A stretch of 55,129 nt of DNA, from assembly GCA_011109175.1 (NCBI GenBank), contig RDEW01000002.1, forward strand, positions 418,759 through 473,887. Reading direction: 5' to 3'. Positions 11,021 to 24,289 of this stretch are shown one piece after another. How positions within the stretch are numbered: the first letter of the stretch is position 1; each line of letters opens with the position of its first letter. Origin of the DNA: Dicyema japonicum (taxonomy: Eukaryota > Animalia > Dicyemida). The notes below the pieces were generated by a model. That model was not told where the DNA came from. It did no database searches and worked only from the letters and a program-made list of their open reading frames with translations. Position numbers and translations under genes: made by a program.

Positions 11021-12424
11021 GAATGCTTCTGTTCTCAGAAGATAAAATGATATCGTAGGGAAATACCTAATCCAGAATGCAACAAAGAAATCCCATCGAC
11101 TCCTGAGAATTTAAAATACAGTAAATCCTTTTTAAAAATGTCAATTTTTTGCCACAATTTTAAATTTTTATATCAAATTGTTTCTTAAATCAGTGGAAAT
11201 TTTTCATTCTGGATATGACGGTATTTTTTGGTTCAATAAATTTAAAATTAAGAAGCTTACACATTTGAAAAACAAATAAATAAATATTTCTTTCTAATTT
11301 TCCACATTTGGTGTTTTCTTTACTATAAAATTCAATATTACTTTTAATATGATAAAATCTCGACAAACAATGGTTATCAAGGAGATTGGATTTTTCACGA
11401 AACTAGGTGGATTGTGTAAATATAATGCAGTCTAGTACTCCAATAATAGTACTCTTCAGCTCTGAGGGATAATTATGTAAATTATAAAATACATTATGTA
11501 GAAAATCAAATATTAGTGGAATAAGTGAACAAATAGATCCGAGAAGTGATTTATATTATGATTTGCTAGTAAGACATCCTTTTGTACAATGAATTTACTA
11601 CAAATTATTGTTGCTTGTTAATTTATGTGTCATAACTTTATATTCTTCTAACACTTATATTTTCCACTAAAAGTGATATAATGTCAATTTTATAGTATAG
11701 AATTAATATAACACTAGTCAGCAGTTCATGTAACCAATTCAGATATCCTTAATAGCCTGAGTGTCAACTATTTAGACTAATAAAATAATTCTTTAGCGGT
11801 AATAGCACGAAAATATCCATCTAAACCTGTCAGAGATAACTTTTAATTGGCCAATCTCGAGAAGTGTAAATTCAATTTTTTGCTTTAAAATACAAATACA
11901 GTGTGTTAAAATTTATAAATAAGATATTTTGGAAATCCGATGTGTAAATAATAATTTAAGTTAAAAAAATAATTATTAGAATAAAAATCCCAAATTTTTT
12001 CAAATCTATTTTTTGTGACAGGCACTGTACATGTTAATGTCATAAAAATAATTAATAATTTTACTTCAGGGAGGGAGTATTAAGGAAACTACTTTTGGGT
12101 GTTAGACCTATGAATCCCTGTTGAATAACCGGATATTGAGGAGAGTCTACTAAATGCACAAATTTTAGATGAGGTAGGGATTTAGTTTTAACTATGGCAA
12201 GAATGAGCACGTAGATTATTTCGAATATTGATAAGTATATAAAACTCATAATTTCCTGATCTTAATAACAGATCTAATTCTGTTATGGCGATTATGGATG
12301 TCTCATGAACTCCGGATATGTCATTAATCTAACAACTGGAAGATTATATTTGAAGTACCTGTGAGATTACTCTCGTGGAACTGTGGGATATCCAACTGAA
12401 TTAATTATGTCTTCCAAGAAGCAA

Positions 12425-12658
12425 GAGATCCAACTTCTTAGCTCCACGGTATTGTCTCGGTTTTGACACATTGCAGGCCGTAATGCCAAACAGTGTAGGA
12501 TTTCTACTACAATTCCAGAAATACGCTACCGGGAACTGCTTGAGATCCAACTTCTTAGCTCCACGGTATTGTCTCGGTTTTGACACATTGCAGGCCGTAA
12601 TGCCAAACAGTGTAGGATTTCCACTACAATTCCAGAAATACGCTACCGGGAACTGCTT
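12425..12658. repeat. 117-bp tandem duplication within a possible decayed LTR-integrase fragment
   Basis: gagatccaac...gggaactgctt occurs twice with one substitution. The integrase resemblance (YFW, FLEDIINSVGYP) is weak. Confidence 0.9.
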
Positions 12659-12892
12659 CTGCCTTTTATGGTTGCGAATCTTAAAATACAATATCCAGAA
12701 GTAGTCTTGCACCAAATGTATGGCATAAAGTAGTTGGTTAGCACCGAGATTCTCTACTACAGATTGCACTTTATGAGTTCGCAACTTTCAGGTGTGGCAA
12801 ATGCCATACTTATTGCATAGTAGAAGACTCCTTACTACATCGTTATCATCTGAAGGATCAAATCTTCTCAAATATTTCCATTGACAAATCGA

Positions 12893-13067
12893 AAGGACCC
12901 ACACACAAGAAAAAGAAAAAAAGAAGTGAAGATCATTCCTTGGTTATACGATTAGTTAAAATTAACTGTCCTTTACTTAAATAAAGTGTGTGGCTGCCTA
13001 TGCGGAGCTATAAATACTATGGCTCTCGTGAAAAGGCTTTATTATTATTATTATTATAATTATTATT
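12893..13067 (+). mobile_element. 5'-truncated copy of the tRNA-Leu SINE, independent insertion
   Basis: Matches the 3' ~170 bp of the SINE, has a longer (TAT)n tail, and its own 7-bp TSD AAATCGA (12886-12892 and 13068-13074). Confidence 0.85.
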
Positions 13068-14169
13068 AAATCGACAACAATCTTTTTTGAAACTCGTAGA
13101 AAACGCTGTCCGAAGAATAGGCCCAATTCCACAGTTTTTTCCCAGTGCATATAGTTAGAAAAGAAAATCAGAAATATCACCGAAAGCATCTAGTTAACGA
13201 GAAGAATTCTCCCAAAGTATGTTCCAAGATATTTTAAAGTGTCGGTATCGAAATCATAATTTTGATTAGTAAAATTAATTTTTATATTGTATGACTTTAA
13301 TCACCAAGCTATTCACATTTCAAGATACGATCTCGAACCCATACAGTTTCTCGATATCATTGGTGACCCTAATGATCCAAAGCTTCATATATAAATTAAC
13401 TTAATCCTAAACTGATGGATACAAATTTTTTGGAAAATATACTTTAACATGTTTAGCGTATCAAACCATGCTTCTACAATTAGCGAGAGGGAATATCATA
13501 TATTCATTTAGCACAAACTTTAAGGTTATGATAAAGCGAGACTGCCATTATCACTGCCTCATCGTCAGAAAGTTGCCAATTTCAGCACATAGATAAATAA
13601 AATTCAACCATGCGGATGATGACTGACTTCTAGCCCTGTTGAGGCAGGCCTTCTTGCATCCAAATTGCTCTCAAGGAACTCTCTCTTTTTCTAAAACATA
13701 TCTTAATTCGATTTCAGATTAGTTCAGTTATCCGGATCACTAAAGATTATTCATAATTCATAGATCCTGATGGTTACAAACAATAAGAGTACAGACAGTA
13801 TCCAACGATTGCATCCAAATTTGGTTCCGCAGAAAGTTAAGAGACCGATAGCATTTTAGTAATCAAATATATTTTTAAAATCACTTCAACGGTTGACCTA
13901 ATTTTACTTCAAGGAGAAAAATGAATTAACATGATCGTTTTTTCAGAGATATAAATTGGTGTTAATTAATCAAATTTTATAATGATTTAAAAAAATAATA
14001 TACTAGTTTGTCAAACTGAATCGTACTTCTGTACCCTTGTCTTAGATTGAATAATTTCATTTCAAAATAGAAACGATGAGGGGATAATTTCATTTCAAAT
14101 GAATTGAATTTGATAGATGTAGTCAAAGAACAGACATTAAGCCAATGATTCTAAATCTCCTGAACATTC

Positions 14170-14420
14170 AATAATGCGAAGAAATTATAATTAACTTCAC
14201 AGGCTTGTCCATTTCTTCCTCAAAGATTGCCCACTAATAAAGTTATCAATAAATGTCTTATAGAATTACTCACAATTCCATCCCAAGTCAACATAATTGG
14301 AATAATCCTAACTTTGCCGCTGTATATTTTAGACAACTCTCCATCGAGGGAGTCGAATTTGTTGAGTTTTTCCACCTCAACTACCTTCAACATCTCTTGT
14401 GAAGTAATTACTAAATGACT
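14170..14420 (-). mobile_element. R4-like RLE endonuclease C-terminal relic
   Basis: ITSQEMLKVVEVEKLNKFDSLDGELSKIYSGKVRIIPIMLTWDGIV, typical of the C-terminus of R4-like RLE elements. Confidence 0.6.
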
Positions 14421-15256
14421 ACTTAGCTTAAGATTGATGAAACATAGTTATTTATTTAGTGTAAGTCCTAATTGGCCCCCAGTTTATCCACCCAATATTA
14501 ACTCATCAATTGCATCATACTCAATGACCGGTTACCATTATTCCCCCCACATGTTGTCCTAAGTCCATAATTCCTCCTATAGAGTAATCGGTCCTAATCC
14601 ATAAGCACTTCTGATAAACGAATATGAAAATCCTAATTCCAATTAGTTTTCAAAACATTCCTATCGATAATAATTCCACTTTCCTGATCTAGTCATCTAA
14701 AGAGAACCAAATCTTTTCGAGTACTGTGAAGACGACAGATAATATAACTGGCTTCACATCCAATAAGAGGAGCAATGCAGGGTCCCCGTCCTTATTGGTA
14801 TAGACCTACCATTAGTCGTCCTTGATTACTAAGTGAGCTGAGAACATTTCATTTTTGTCTTTTAACCCAGTTATCCTGGGAGCAATAAAATAAAGCTAGG
14901 TTTCCGTGGCCCATGATTAATCATCTACAATACTAATTGTAATTATATTTCTGTTCTCAGTAGTAAATTGTGAAATTGACTGAGTTTTGAAAGTTTTTGT
15001 AGAAATCCTTTTGTAGAATTTGCTAATTTACCGTCGGTTTTTGACCAAAGAGATAAAATAGCCTCGAATGGATAAATGTTTTTCTCCCTCAAGATCTGGT
15101 TGAGAATGAGGGGATAAAAAACCATCATCGTTTAGATGACCTTCTGAATGAGGTTGCAATTCCATTATTCAATTTTATTGATGATTCTTTTAACATTATT
15201 TTTCGACCTCTTTAGAGGTTTAAGGGCGATTGGGACAAAACGGAAGCTATCGACTC

Positions 15257-15545
15257 TATTAGAAGTTTATTAAAGAGTATAGTAGCTTTTTCTTACCACG
15301 TGGCTTGGACACCTCCTCAGTTTCCTTTTCTCTTACTTAGGTCTCACTGATATGTTAGAGTACTGGACTTTTGTTCCTACCATGAAACCATTTATACTTT
15401 CCTCAACCACACACTTGATCGGTTTAAGCAGTTAATCTTTTTCCTCTTCTAGCACAGTGTTTCTCAACGAGGGGCGAATCGCCCTTTTTGGGCGATTTTT
15501 TTGTCATGTCAGGTGGGGGGGGGCGATCCTCCTCGAAGAGCTTAT
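15257..15545. mobile_element. Dispersed repeat ending in a hAT-like terminus (paralogue 23590-23885)
   Basis: CAGTGTTTCTCAAC (Charlie-type TIR start) at ~15465 and ~23804. The RTE tail is inserted at GAGCTTATT here; the paralogue lacks the insertion. Confidence 0.45.
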
Positions 15546-16680
15546 TATTATTAATAGCACTTTCGAAGAACCAAAAATGTAATTTATTTAATTAAGGTTC
15601 CGCTTGTGCCGTATTTTTCTTCAGGTTATTTTTTTCCACAATTCTCTTGACCAACTTCCTCCATGCTCCGCAGTTACAGGCAGTTATTCCGAGCGTATCC
15701 AGATCATCTCCAGTTTTCAGCTTTCGTCCTACATTGGTCAGGTCCTTGTGTAGAACCTCTTGCAAAGTTATGCGAGGTCTTCCACGGAACGAGGTATTCA
15801 CTTCTGGGCAGAAATAGTTATCCATTGCTATTTTAGCACGCGTCATCTTGCTCATTCGAAGGATGTGACCAAACAGACGCCATCTTGATTCCAGGATATC
15901 CAGACTCAATGGTCTTCTATTACATACTTTGTATAGATTCTTGTTTGTAATTTTTTTCGGCCAGTTGATGCCAAGCAACAGTCGGAGTTGCTTACGATGG
16001 AAGGCATCTAGTTTGTCCATTACCGCTTCTGAGACACCCCAGGTTGCAGCGTTGTACATTAGGACTAATTTCACAAAGGCATTATATAGTCTCACATGTA
16101 ATTGTGTGCTAATTTGTTTACGATGTTTCCAAACTACTCCCATTTTTCTAAAGGCCAGCCAACATCTTCCTGTTAGTGATATCCTCAGCGTCTCCGAGCA
16201 ACGACCCCAATTTTTTACAGTATCTCCATTTTTCATCAGTTCGGGTTAGTTCACGGCGTATGGTAGTTGTCTCCGTCTTTTCCGTATTGATTTTGATGAT
16301 CCATTTTTCTAGCACATCTGGCATCCTTGTCCGTATATAGTTAATGTTTTCTCGTCGCTGGATATATAGTCGATATCATCTTCATAAATCACTTCAGTTT
16401 GAGGGAAGTCGCCAATTAATATTATGAAGTCTCTGAGTGCCACCTCCAGATATGTCACAAAAAGTACCGGTGACAAGGAATCTCCCTGCGGTACACCGAA
16501 CATTGTCTCGAATGGGACAGACTCCAAATTTCCAAAACGTACACTTAGCTGCGTTGTTCCAAGTAATAGACGGATCATTCTGACACTGTCCTCGTCAATT
16601 AACTTCTCCAAGATTTCCAAAAGTCTCCCTCTGTGTATAGAGTTAAAGGCTTTGGACATGTCCATGCCAAGGATGCCAAT
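15543..16680 (-). mobile_element. RTE-clade LINE, 5'-truncated, least decayed RTE copy
   Basis: DMSKAFNSIHR, GVPQGDSLSPVLF, YEDDIDY, RLYNAFVKLVLMYNAATW, RWRLFGHILRM, RGRPRITL, and a (TAA)n tail. Confidence 0.85.
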
Positions 16681-16689
16681 AGCGACTTA

Positions 16690-17755
16690 CAAAACTAAAG
16701 AATCACGCTGAAAAAATCAGTCCACTAGTTGGCTCATCGGGAAATCAGTAGTATGAAGATTCGACGAGAGAAGCTTTGTGTGCTTATGCATACAAGAAGT
16801 CAAAAAAGGAGATCTTGAGAGAGTATTGTGTACAATCAACAAAGAGACGAAGAGATTAGAATTGTTTAAAAAAAATTAGGATGCACAAGTCCAGAGAGAT
16901 CACGTGCATGTCTAACCTCTATAAATTGACAACAAAGTGGGTGAATAGCAAACTGAACGTGTATATTGAAGCATTCGATCTAATCGGTGATAACCAGTTT
17001 GGAACTCGTAGAATGTGCCAGGGCACAAAAAAACAAGCCTTGGTCAACCAATGCATTAACAAACAGTCAGCCAATTTATTCTCGACTTAAATCGATGTAA
17101 AGAAAGCGTTTGATTCTGTGGATCATGGCTTTTTGTACGAAGTTTTAGAAAACCTGGGTTACCTATATGGATTATTACGTTTATAAAAAAACTTATTAAA
17201 ATGTGGACACTCCAAATAAAGTTAATGGAAAATTGCTTGGTGTTGTGAATCTTAGAAGGGTAATATTACAAAAAGATTTCTTATCTCCACAGTTATTTGT
17301 ATTATCGATTGATCCGTTAAGTCGACTATTAAATGGTAAATACCCTAAAGTGACCATGTTTGCTGAGGGAAATATTCTAACGTATGACCACTTGTTGTTT
17401 ATGGATGATCTTAAATTGATATCCTATGAGGATCACACAATGCTAAGAATGATGAACGAAGTTGGAAAATTGTTTGATGCGGCTGAACTGTAGCATAATA
17501 TAGACAAATCATCCACAAATTTTGATTGTGTAGTTGAAAAAGCTATGTTACTTGACGGTGTTGGAGAATATCGATATCTTGGCGTATTAGAAAACAAATA
17601 TAGTAACGTCATGAAGACTAATGTGATGAAGTCTATGTATGCAGAAGTGGAGAATATGATCGTGAATCTAACGAAGACTAAACTGAATAGTGTTAACTTC
17701 TTCAAGGCAATCAATGAGCATGCGACTTCTCTATATAATTATTGTCATATGTGAT
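16690..17755 (+). mobile_element. R4-like (RLE) reverse transcriptase relic
   Basis: NQFGTRRMCQGTKKQALVN, IDVKKAFDSVDH, LQKDFLSPQLFVLSIDPLS, HLLFMDDLKL, YRYLG, KTKLNSVNFFKAINE. Confidence 0.75.
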
Positions 17756-17859
17756 AGCATCCGGGATGTTGATACTGTCCGGGTTGATAAGACGAATTTA
17801 TCACTTGAAAACATCAACAACCACTAAGTTTGCTTCGAAAGATATGTCCTTATTCCTTC

Positions 17860-18460
17860 AATAAACAAAAAAATTTTATTTTGAGTCAATAAAGAGATTG
17901 AGGGAGAAAAGAGAAGAAAATAGAAGAGGTCGAAGGATCGGTCCCTTGTTCCCTCAAAAAAAATTTATTCTGAGTCAATAAAGTGATTAAGCGTGAAAAG
18001 GAACAAAATTAGAAGAGGTCGAAGGATCGATCCCTTGTTTCCTCAAAAACAAAAAACTTTATTTTGAGTCAATAAAGCGATTGAGGGAGAAAATGGTCAA
18101 AATTTGAAGAGGTCGAGTATCGGTCCCTTGTTCCATCAAAAACAAAAAATTTTATTTTGAGTCAATAAGGGGATTAAGCTAGAAACGGGTCGAAAATAGA
18201 AGAGGTCGAAGGATCGATCCCTTGTTCCATCAAAAAACAAAAAATTTTAGTTTGAGTCAATAAAGCGATGAAGCGAGAAAAGGGTCGAAAATAGACGAGG
18301 ACGAATGATCGGTCCCTTTTTCCATCAAAAAAAAAATTTGAGTTTGAGTCAATAAAGCGATTAAGCGTGAAAAAGGTCGAAAATAGAAGAGGTCAAAAGA
18401 TCGGTCCCTTGTTCCTTCAAAAACAAATAATTTTATTTTGAGTCTATAAAGCGATTGACC
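17860..18460. repeat. Tandem array of ~93-bp units (~6.5 copies)
   Basis: TGAGTC anchors at 17882, 17971, 18065, 18158, 18253, 18345, 18439 (periods 89-95). Confidence 0.95.
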
Positions 18461-18479
18461 CTCAAAATGATTGAAAAAG

Positions 18480-18750
18480 AGTTTTGTAACACTGAAGTTT
18501 CAGCATTATTATGTGATCGTGGGATAACTGCGATTCATGGTAGGCAAAGACACCCTCAATCACAAGGGCAGGTGGAACGCTAAATTCATTCGCTAAAGCG
18601 TTGGTTAGCGAAAACTTTATTTCAATCCAATCTAATAATTGGATTAATTTGTGTGTTTTTTATTTTATAAACTTAAATAATGTTCCAGAGCATACGAGCT
18701 TTCTTTAGCTATTACAAAAGGATGGGTTTTTGATGACAATTTTTTATGAT
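18480..18750 (-). mobile_element. Possible hAT dimerisation-domain relic
   Basis: ALEHYLSL...LDWIEIKFSLTNALANEFSVPPALVIEGVF loosely fits the hAT C-terminal domain. Confidence 0.3.
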
Positions 18751-19184
18751 TTCTTTATATCATTTTCGTCCCAAAACACCCTTCCATATCTCATCAATAA
18801 CCGTCTTAACTAAAGAGATCTTTTCAGACATAAACTATCTATCAATTCTGCTGATGATCGTCTCAACTTCGTTTTTAGACGGTTCCTTTCTCGGTATCTT
18901 ATCCATAAAGTAGTAGATATGTCTGAATGAGATCAGATACTTCGTTGTTAGCAATATTTATTTCCTCTCTTGTTGAAACATCTTTTATGTAATCACAAAT
19001 ACTCTTAGGTAGAAAATTCGATTATTGTTCCAATCCACGCCGAAGACGACGAATCTGAGTAATCGGAAGTTTACATTTACACATTGGAACTAACCCGGAA
19101 AAATTTAGTTTGGGATATATTTTGCTGTCACTGTTGTTAATTTGATTTGCTTTAAATCATGAGAGATGCCATTTAAATCACTCT

Positions 19185-19375
19185 AATTTGTTATTAGTTT
19201 TGTTTCAAATAAACATCAACCGCCGAGAAAGAAGTTAACTGTTAACAACTAATTAAGTATACTTGGTTTCCAATGTCGCATAAACAGAGTCCTTCCAACG
19301 TCACGCAAGTCCATCCAGAGCCAACATAAAGAAAACGTCAATTCATTGCAGTTGTAGGGGAGAGCAAATAACCTT
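19185..19375 (-). mobile_element. Diverged, 5'-truncated copy of the short element at 3715-3956
   Basis: Shares ccgagaaagaagttaa, actaattaagt, aaacagagtcc, gtccatcc and gagcaaat blocks. Confidence 0.6.
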
Positions 19376-19589
19376 AATTATTTTAATGTTCATAAATAAT
19401 AAATCAAATTTTCCTAAAAATTTTGTATCATTATTAATTCAATAAAATTAAATAATTTTTATGATAATTTTTAAGTTAAAAAATTTATCGATCTCTTTGA
19501 CGTCGTTTATTAAAAAATAAAAATTTTAATTATAAATTTGCCTTTCTGTAGTAAGTGGTTATATGTTTTTATTTTTAAAGACCACACAT

Positions 19590-20330
19590 TATATAAAGCA
19601 TTCTCGTTTAAATTCTCTGACCAATTCAGTTCGAGCAATGTCAACTTCCCGACCTACGTTTCATAAAGTGAGTCTGTCCTAAGTTCTTCAGTCTTGACAT
19701 CGCCCACGTTGACGAATTTCACAATAAAACTGGATTAACAAGGCGTTGTATAGCCTTAGTCGAAATGATATATCACTTTTGTCTATCAGTTTTTTTAACT
19801 TTGTTTAACGCAGCAGTAGCACTGTCACTAAATAAGGACCCAAACTTACTTGTCTTCCTGACTATTCCAATTTTTTTTTCATTTTTCTGAGATTGACTAC
19901 TTTCCACTGGAAACATTAATTGTTAGAAACCATCCATCAAGTTCATTAAGAGACATCGTCTATCTCTCTGTATGAAGTCGACGTCGTCAGCATAAATGAA
20001 CTCAGCCATGCCAACTTCAAAAAATTTTCGAAGATCACGTAGTTCCTCCTCCGAATAGATGACAAACAACAAAAGAGGTATGGAGCCCCCTCGAGGAATA
20101 AAATATTACATGAAAATTCTCTTAAAATAATTCTGCTAATTCGAACTTGTAGCTTTATGTTGGATAATAAGACTTGTATTAGGAATCGATCTGCTGCTTT
20201 CGGCTTCTTTCAAGAATGAATTTCGACAAACAGTGTCGAAAGCCATCAAAAAGTCAGTGCAGAGAATTTTAGTTGCGTATCGTTATCGTTGGTTTTAACT
20301 GCAACGCCATTTGTGACTTCAGACTATATG
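19590..20330 (-). mobile_element. RTE LINE RT relic
   Basis: Minus strand LLFVIYSEEELRDL, FIYADDVDFI, RLYNA, plus AFDTV-like remnants. Confidence 0.7.
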
Positions 20331-20479
20331 TGTCTTTGATCCCCCTGTCTTGAATCCAAAATAGTTGTTGCACACGTCGTATATAGAAGAGAATTTTGCT
20401 AAAAAGAGGTTTCACGATATTCGATCTAATTTAAATTAGTATAGGAAGTCAAAATTTACTAAGTCCAAGGAATTTCATA

Positions 20480-21250
20480 TTCTTCTTTAAGGCCAAGGAA
20501 TTTCATAATTAGAAGGCCAAGGAATTTCATATTCTTCTTTCGAGGTATGTCCTGTAACAAGCTCTTTAGGTTAGTCATCTCTGCATCCAGTCATCCTCAG
20601 CATACCAGACTTCTCATGTGCCACCGAAAGGAAGTTTTTATTGCAACACTATTTAATCTGGTTCATGTACATCTTCAATCGTATCTCAGATACCAAAGGA
20701 TTTAAAGAAACATAATAAATTATGATGTTTATCAAAATCTCTGTACGTGGGTTTTCTGGGGAAGGACATTCACTCATTAAAATGTTAGACATTAGAGGAC
20801 TGAGTAAGAACCCTAAGGTACACTTCTTCTCAACCAAATTTTACGAAATTCATAGTTTAAAAAAAATTAACAATTGACCGTCTATCTGATAACAAATTTT
20901 TTATCCAAAAATAGAGTTTTTTTTCAATGCCACAATTCGCAGACAAATAAATAGACCTGATGCCACACATTGTCAAAAGCTTTGAATATCTAAAGGCAGA
21001 CTGCGATCAAACACTTTTTAGTTCCAAAGTCCTCAAAATTGACGCCTTAACACTGTACAAGCATTCTCACTAAACCGATTTTATAGAAAATACCACTGAT
21101 GCTCCTTTAGTATATAATTTCTTTCAATATGTTCAGAAAGTCTGTTGAATACAATTCTTTCCAAAACTCTTGAGATCGTTGGTATAAGGCTTATGGGCCT
21201 ATAACTGGTTGCAAAGTAACCAAGTTTCCCATATTTACATATCATCCTGA
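20480..21250 (-). mobile_element. Jockey/I-type RT relic (paralogue 39990-40560)
   Basis: YRPISLIPTISRVLERIVFNRL, AFDNVWHQG-like, LLSPLMSNILM. Confidence 0.7.
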
Positions 21251-21323
21251 CCTTGGAGGAGGATAATTAACGAAATTATTCGGAGTATTTAAAATAAAAA
21301 AACAACGAGAAAAGTAATAGTAG

Positions 21324-22498
21324 TTAAAGAATAGGTACATATGACATTGGTCCTATGCTAATTCGGCGTTTAATAACAAATGTGATGACTCCGATGATTG
21401 TAGGTGTTACAACAGTGAGTATAATTCCTATAATAATATACATTTTTGAATTATTAGAATTTGTATTTTTTCCAGGAATTCCTTTTTCAAAACACACCGA
21501 CTCTAAAATTCAGGAAAAATCAAACCGTTCCCAGTATAACGGAATTTAAAATCATCCCGAAGAATTTGTGCCTTAAATGATGAAAACTCACCATATATGT
21601 CATCAGCAAATTTAATGAGAGACAATTCGAAGTTACAGGAATTTCCAATATCAATCAATTTGGTATTATTAGGACTCCAAGACACTTTATAGATTTTATA
21701 GATGATTAACTGAATTTTGGACATATAATATTTTTTTTGATACAAAATAAATGTAAAAAGTATTTCAAAACGACTTCCCTTAAGAGTTAACTCAACACTA
21801 TTTTTATCAAAATTAATCTTCGTTTCCAAATTCTCAAAAAAAACTATTAAATCATTAATCTATTATTAAAATATACAATTTACTATATTAACAGTGTGAT
21901 TATAAAAATATATGATTTTAAAATGCCCACTTAATATTCCTTTCAGTTGATTTTTTTCCATAAAATACCAATATCGAACTTTTGGATCGTTAGATAGATC
22001 ACAGTCATGTGCTAAATTAAATTATATCAAACCTTTTCCAATAAAATTTGATCTTGATCGTTTAGTGTAATATTCTATCACCAAAGAATATATCGTGAGA
22101 GTATTACCATTTTCAAAATTTACGGACATATATCCGCATCTGTAATAATCTCCTTGTTTAATTTTTGGAATATTTGTTGTATTTGTATAGGTTTTATTAT
22201 CTTTGAGTGTTAAATATTAATTACTAGAATTTAAATCAATTTTTATTGTAATTTTGTAGAATTCCGCTGAGGATTTAAAATAAAATTGGTAGAACAAGTT
22301 ATTTATTCGCATTGTAATTGGCATTTTATCAAAATAAACCTGGTAAGTAATAATTTCAAATGAATAATTGTCTGTCTACCATTATTATTTATAAAAAACA
22401 TTTGTAAGTGTACTTTTCAATAAACTTTTTCCATATACTGACATTCGATGTTTTAATTCATAATTCTTGATTGTGGACAAAAACATTAACAATAACAT
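21324..22498 (-). pseudogene. LAMP-like membrane glycoprotein, copy A, single nonsense codon
   Basis: Five exons with introns of 24, 21, 24 and 23 nt, ending IIGVITFVIKRRISIGPMSYVPIL*. Premature TAA at 22217-22219 where the intact copy has Tyr. Confidence 0.75.
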
Positions 22499-22559
22499 AA
22501 ATATCTAAAATGACACGTCGATGTTAATAATTTAGGTCACTCGTTATATTCATGAATTT

Positions 22560-23030
22560 AATTTTTTTTAATTTTGAAACAAATGATATTTATATTAAAT
22601 TTATAATTATAATTTTTTTCCGAGCCTGTAGAGTTCTTATTTATATCCAAGACTTTTTCCTCATTGTCTTGTTTATTCCAGATGTTCTCACAGAATGCGA
22701 GGCACTCATTTTCATTAAAGCCAAACATGGCTTTTTCATGTTCCCAATTCAGATTCCCGTAAAGTAGCTCATATTAATTTCAAAACACCAATTCTGTCTT
22801 TTATGTTCGTTTTTTGACTGATAATTTTTTTGTTTCTTTTCTAAGATTTTGATTTCATTTTGGATACAAGATGAAATTCTTCTAATTATTCCCTTCTTTG
22901 ATTTTCAAAATCCATATCTACTCAGAATTTCTTTGATTTCTTCATCATAACTTTGATTTTATTTCTGTTCTCCAATTGTTTGGATTTGTACCATTATCTT
23001 CTATTAATTTCTGCTCTCCAAACCTTGTCC
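22560..23030 (-). mobile_element. Possible R4-like pre-RT region fragment
   Basis: KRQNWCFEINMSYF and ECLAFCENIW resemble the region upstream of RT in RLE elements. Weak. Confidence 0.3.
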
Positions 23031-24289
23031 TCTATGCACATTGCCCTGTGACTGACGAAACAGTGTCAATTGAAAAACTCTTCAGGTTTTCGACTAAGCT
23101 CTTATCCACTTCCGTGGGTCGGATGATTTTGTAAAACGAGAGTATCCGTATCGGAATTGACTTGTGGTTGGTTCAAAATCTGTGAAACCCGATGTGGACC
23201 CATGGTTGGCAGAAATAAGATTCATTTTCTTTTCAGCAGAAGGAGTAATGGAAGTTTTTCCAACAAGGACATTATTAAAAGTAGATTAGAGTCAGCTGTT
23301 TTTATTCTCAAAATCTCAGTTCTCCATGCATACTGCCCTGTGACTGACGAGGCAGTGTCAATTGAAAAACTTTTCAGTTCTAAGAAGGAAAATTTCAAGA
23401 AACCCTTGGCCACAATTTTGACATATTTTGCCTGCGAGAACGCTGATTCAAAATACTTTTCACAAAATCCGAGATTCGGAAAAGGCCTTGTTGAATTAAG
23501 AGCTCTAAAACTTTCGCGATATCTCTGCAATGAAATTGTAACGTAAAACAACTAAGATAAATAAGGAGGAAGTGGAACATCCGTCTCAACAACGTATTAA
23601 CTACTCTATTAGAAATTTATAAAGGAGTTTTGTAGCTTTTTCATACCATGTGGCTTGGACACCTCGTCAGTCACCATTTCTCTTAGTTAGGTCTCACTGA
23701 TTTGTAAGAGTAATGGACTTTGTTCCCACCATGAAACCAATTATACTTTCCTCCACCACACACTTGATCGGTTTAAGCAGTTTATATTTTTCCTCGTCTA
23801 GCTCAGTGTTTCTCAACGAGGGGCGAATCGCCCCTATTTGGGGATTTTTTTTGTCAGGGGGACGATGCTCTTCGAAGAGCTTATTGTCATGAAAATTTAA
23901 AGAATGATAAAAAAATCGAGTCTTATATTATTTATATATTTTTTTATTTTATATAACATTTATATTATATTTCATTTAAATTTATTAGCGTGATTTCCAA
24001 TACTTCGTGGTGAGTTTTGTTCAAAAAAAGTTAGAACCTATAAAGAGGAAAATATTTTGTATGGATTTATTATAAATCCTTAGGATCTTCATAAACCGCT
24101 TTGTTTTCAATGTGGTACAGATTGAAATTTTTTCGAGTAAACGAGAAGAACGAGTCCGTGGAGGTGGTGCCACTTGTGCTACTTTAATGTTCTCAAGTCG
24201 GACGAGTTACAAGGCGAGGATCCACATTAAAAGACGAATGAACCTATTGCACTGCAAGGGGATTTCCTCAACGTGAAGAAACGTATTAC

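Noticed and set aside
11080-11700. Another tiny-intron host gene
   Set aside because: Intron-like GT...AG stretches exist, but I could not join them into an open frame.
12061-12784. Confident Ty3/gypsy integrase call
   Set aside because: Only loose similarity (YFW, FLEDII..VGYP), with no clear DDE triad or LTR.
17860-18460. CRISPR array
   Set aside because: The whole unit is homologous between copies with no unique spacers, no cas genes are present, and the context is eukaryotic.
20460-20545. Triple CCAAGGAATTTCATA repeat as a regulatory array
   Set aside because: It is single in the paralogue at ~39980 and lies at the edge of a LINE relic, so local slippage is the simpler explanation.
20649-20837. 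Penelope-like RT (LGFLLSPLMSNILM)
   Set aside because: The adjoining YRPISLIPTISRVLERI and AFDNVWH motifs are Jockey/I-type, so this is that RT's motif 4.
22217-22219. TAA (and TAA TAG in copy C at ~37764-37769) aligned to Tyr codons of the intact gene, hinting at UAR=Tyr recoding
   Set aside because: All copies terminate with TAA, and copy B has TAA aligned to Lys. TAT to TAA/TAG is a single substitution, and copies A and C are sisters, so one inherited nonsense mutation explains it.
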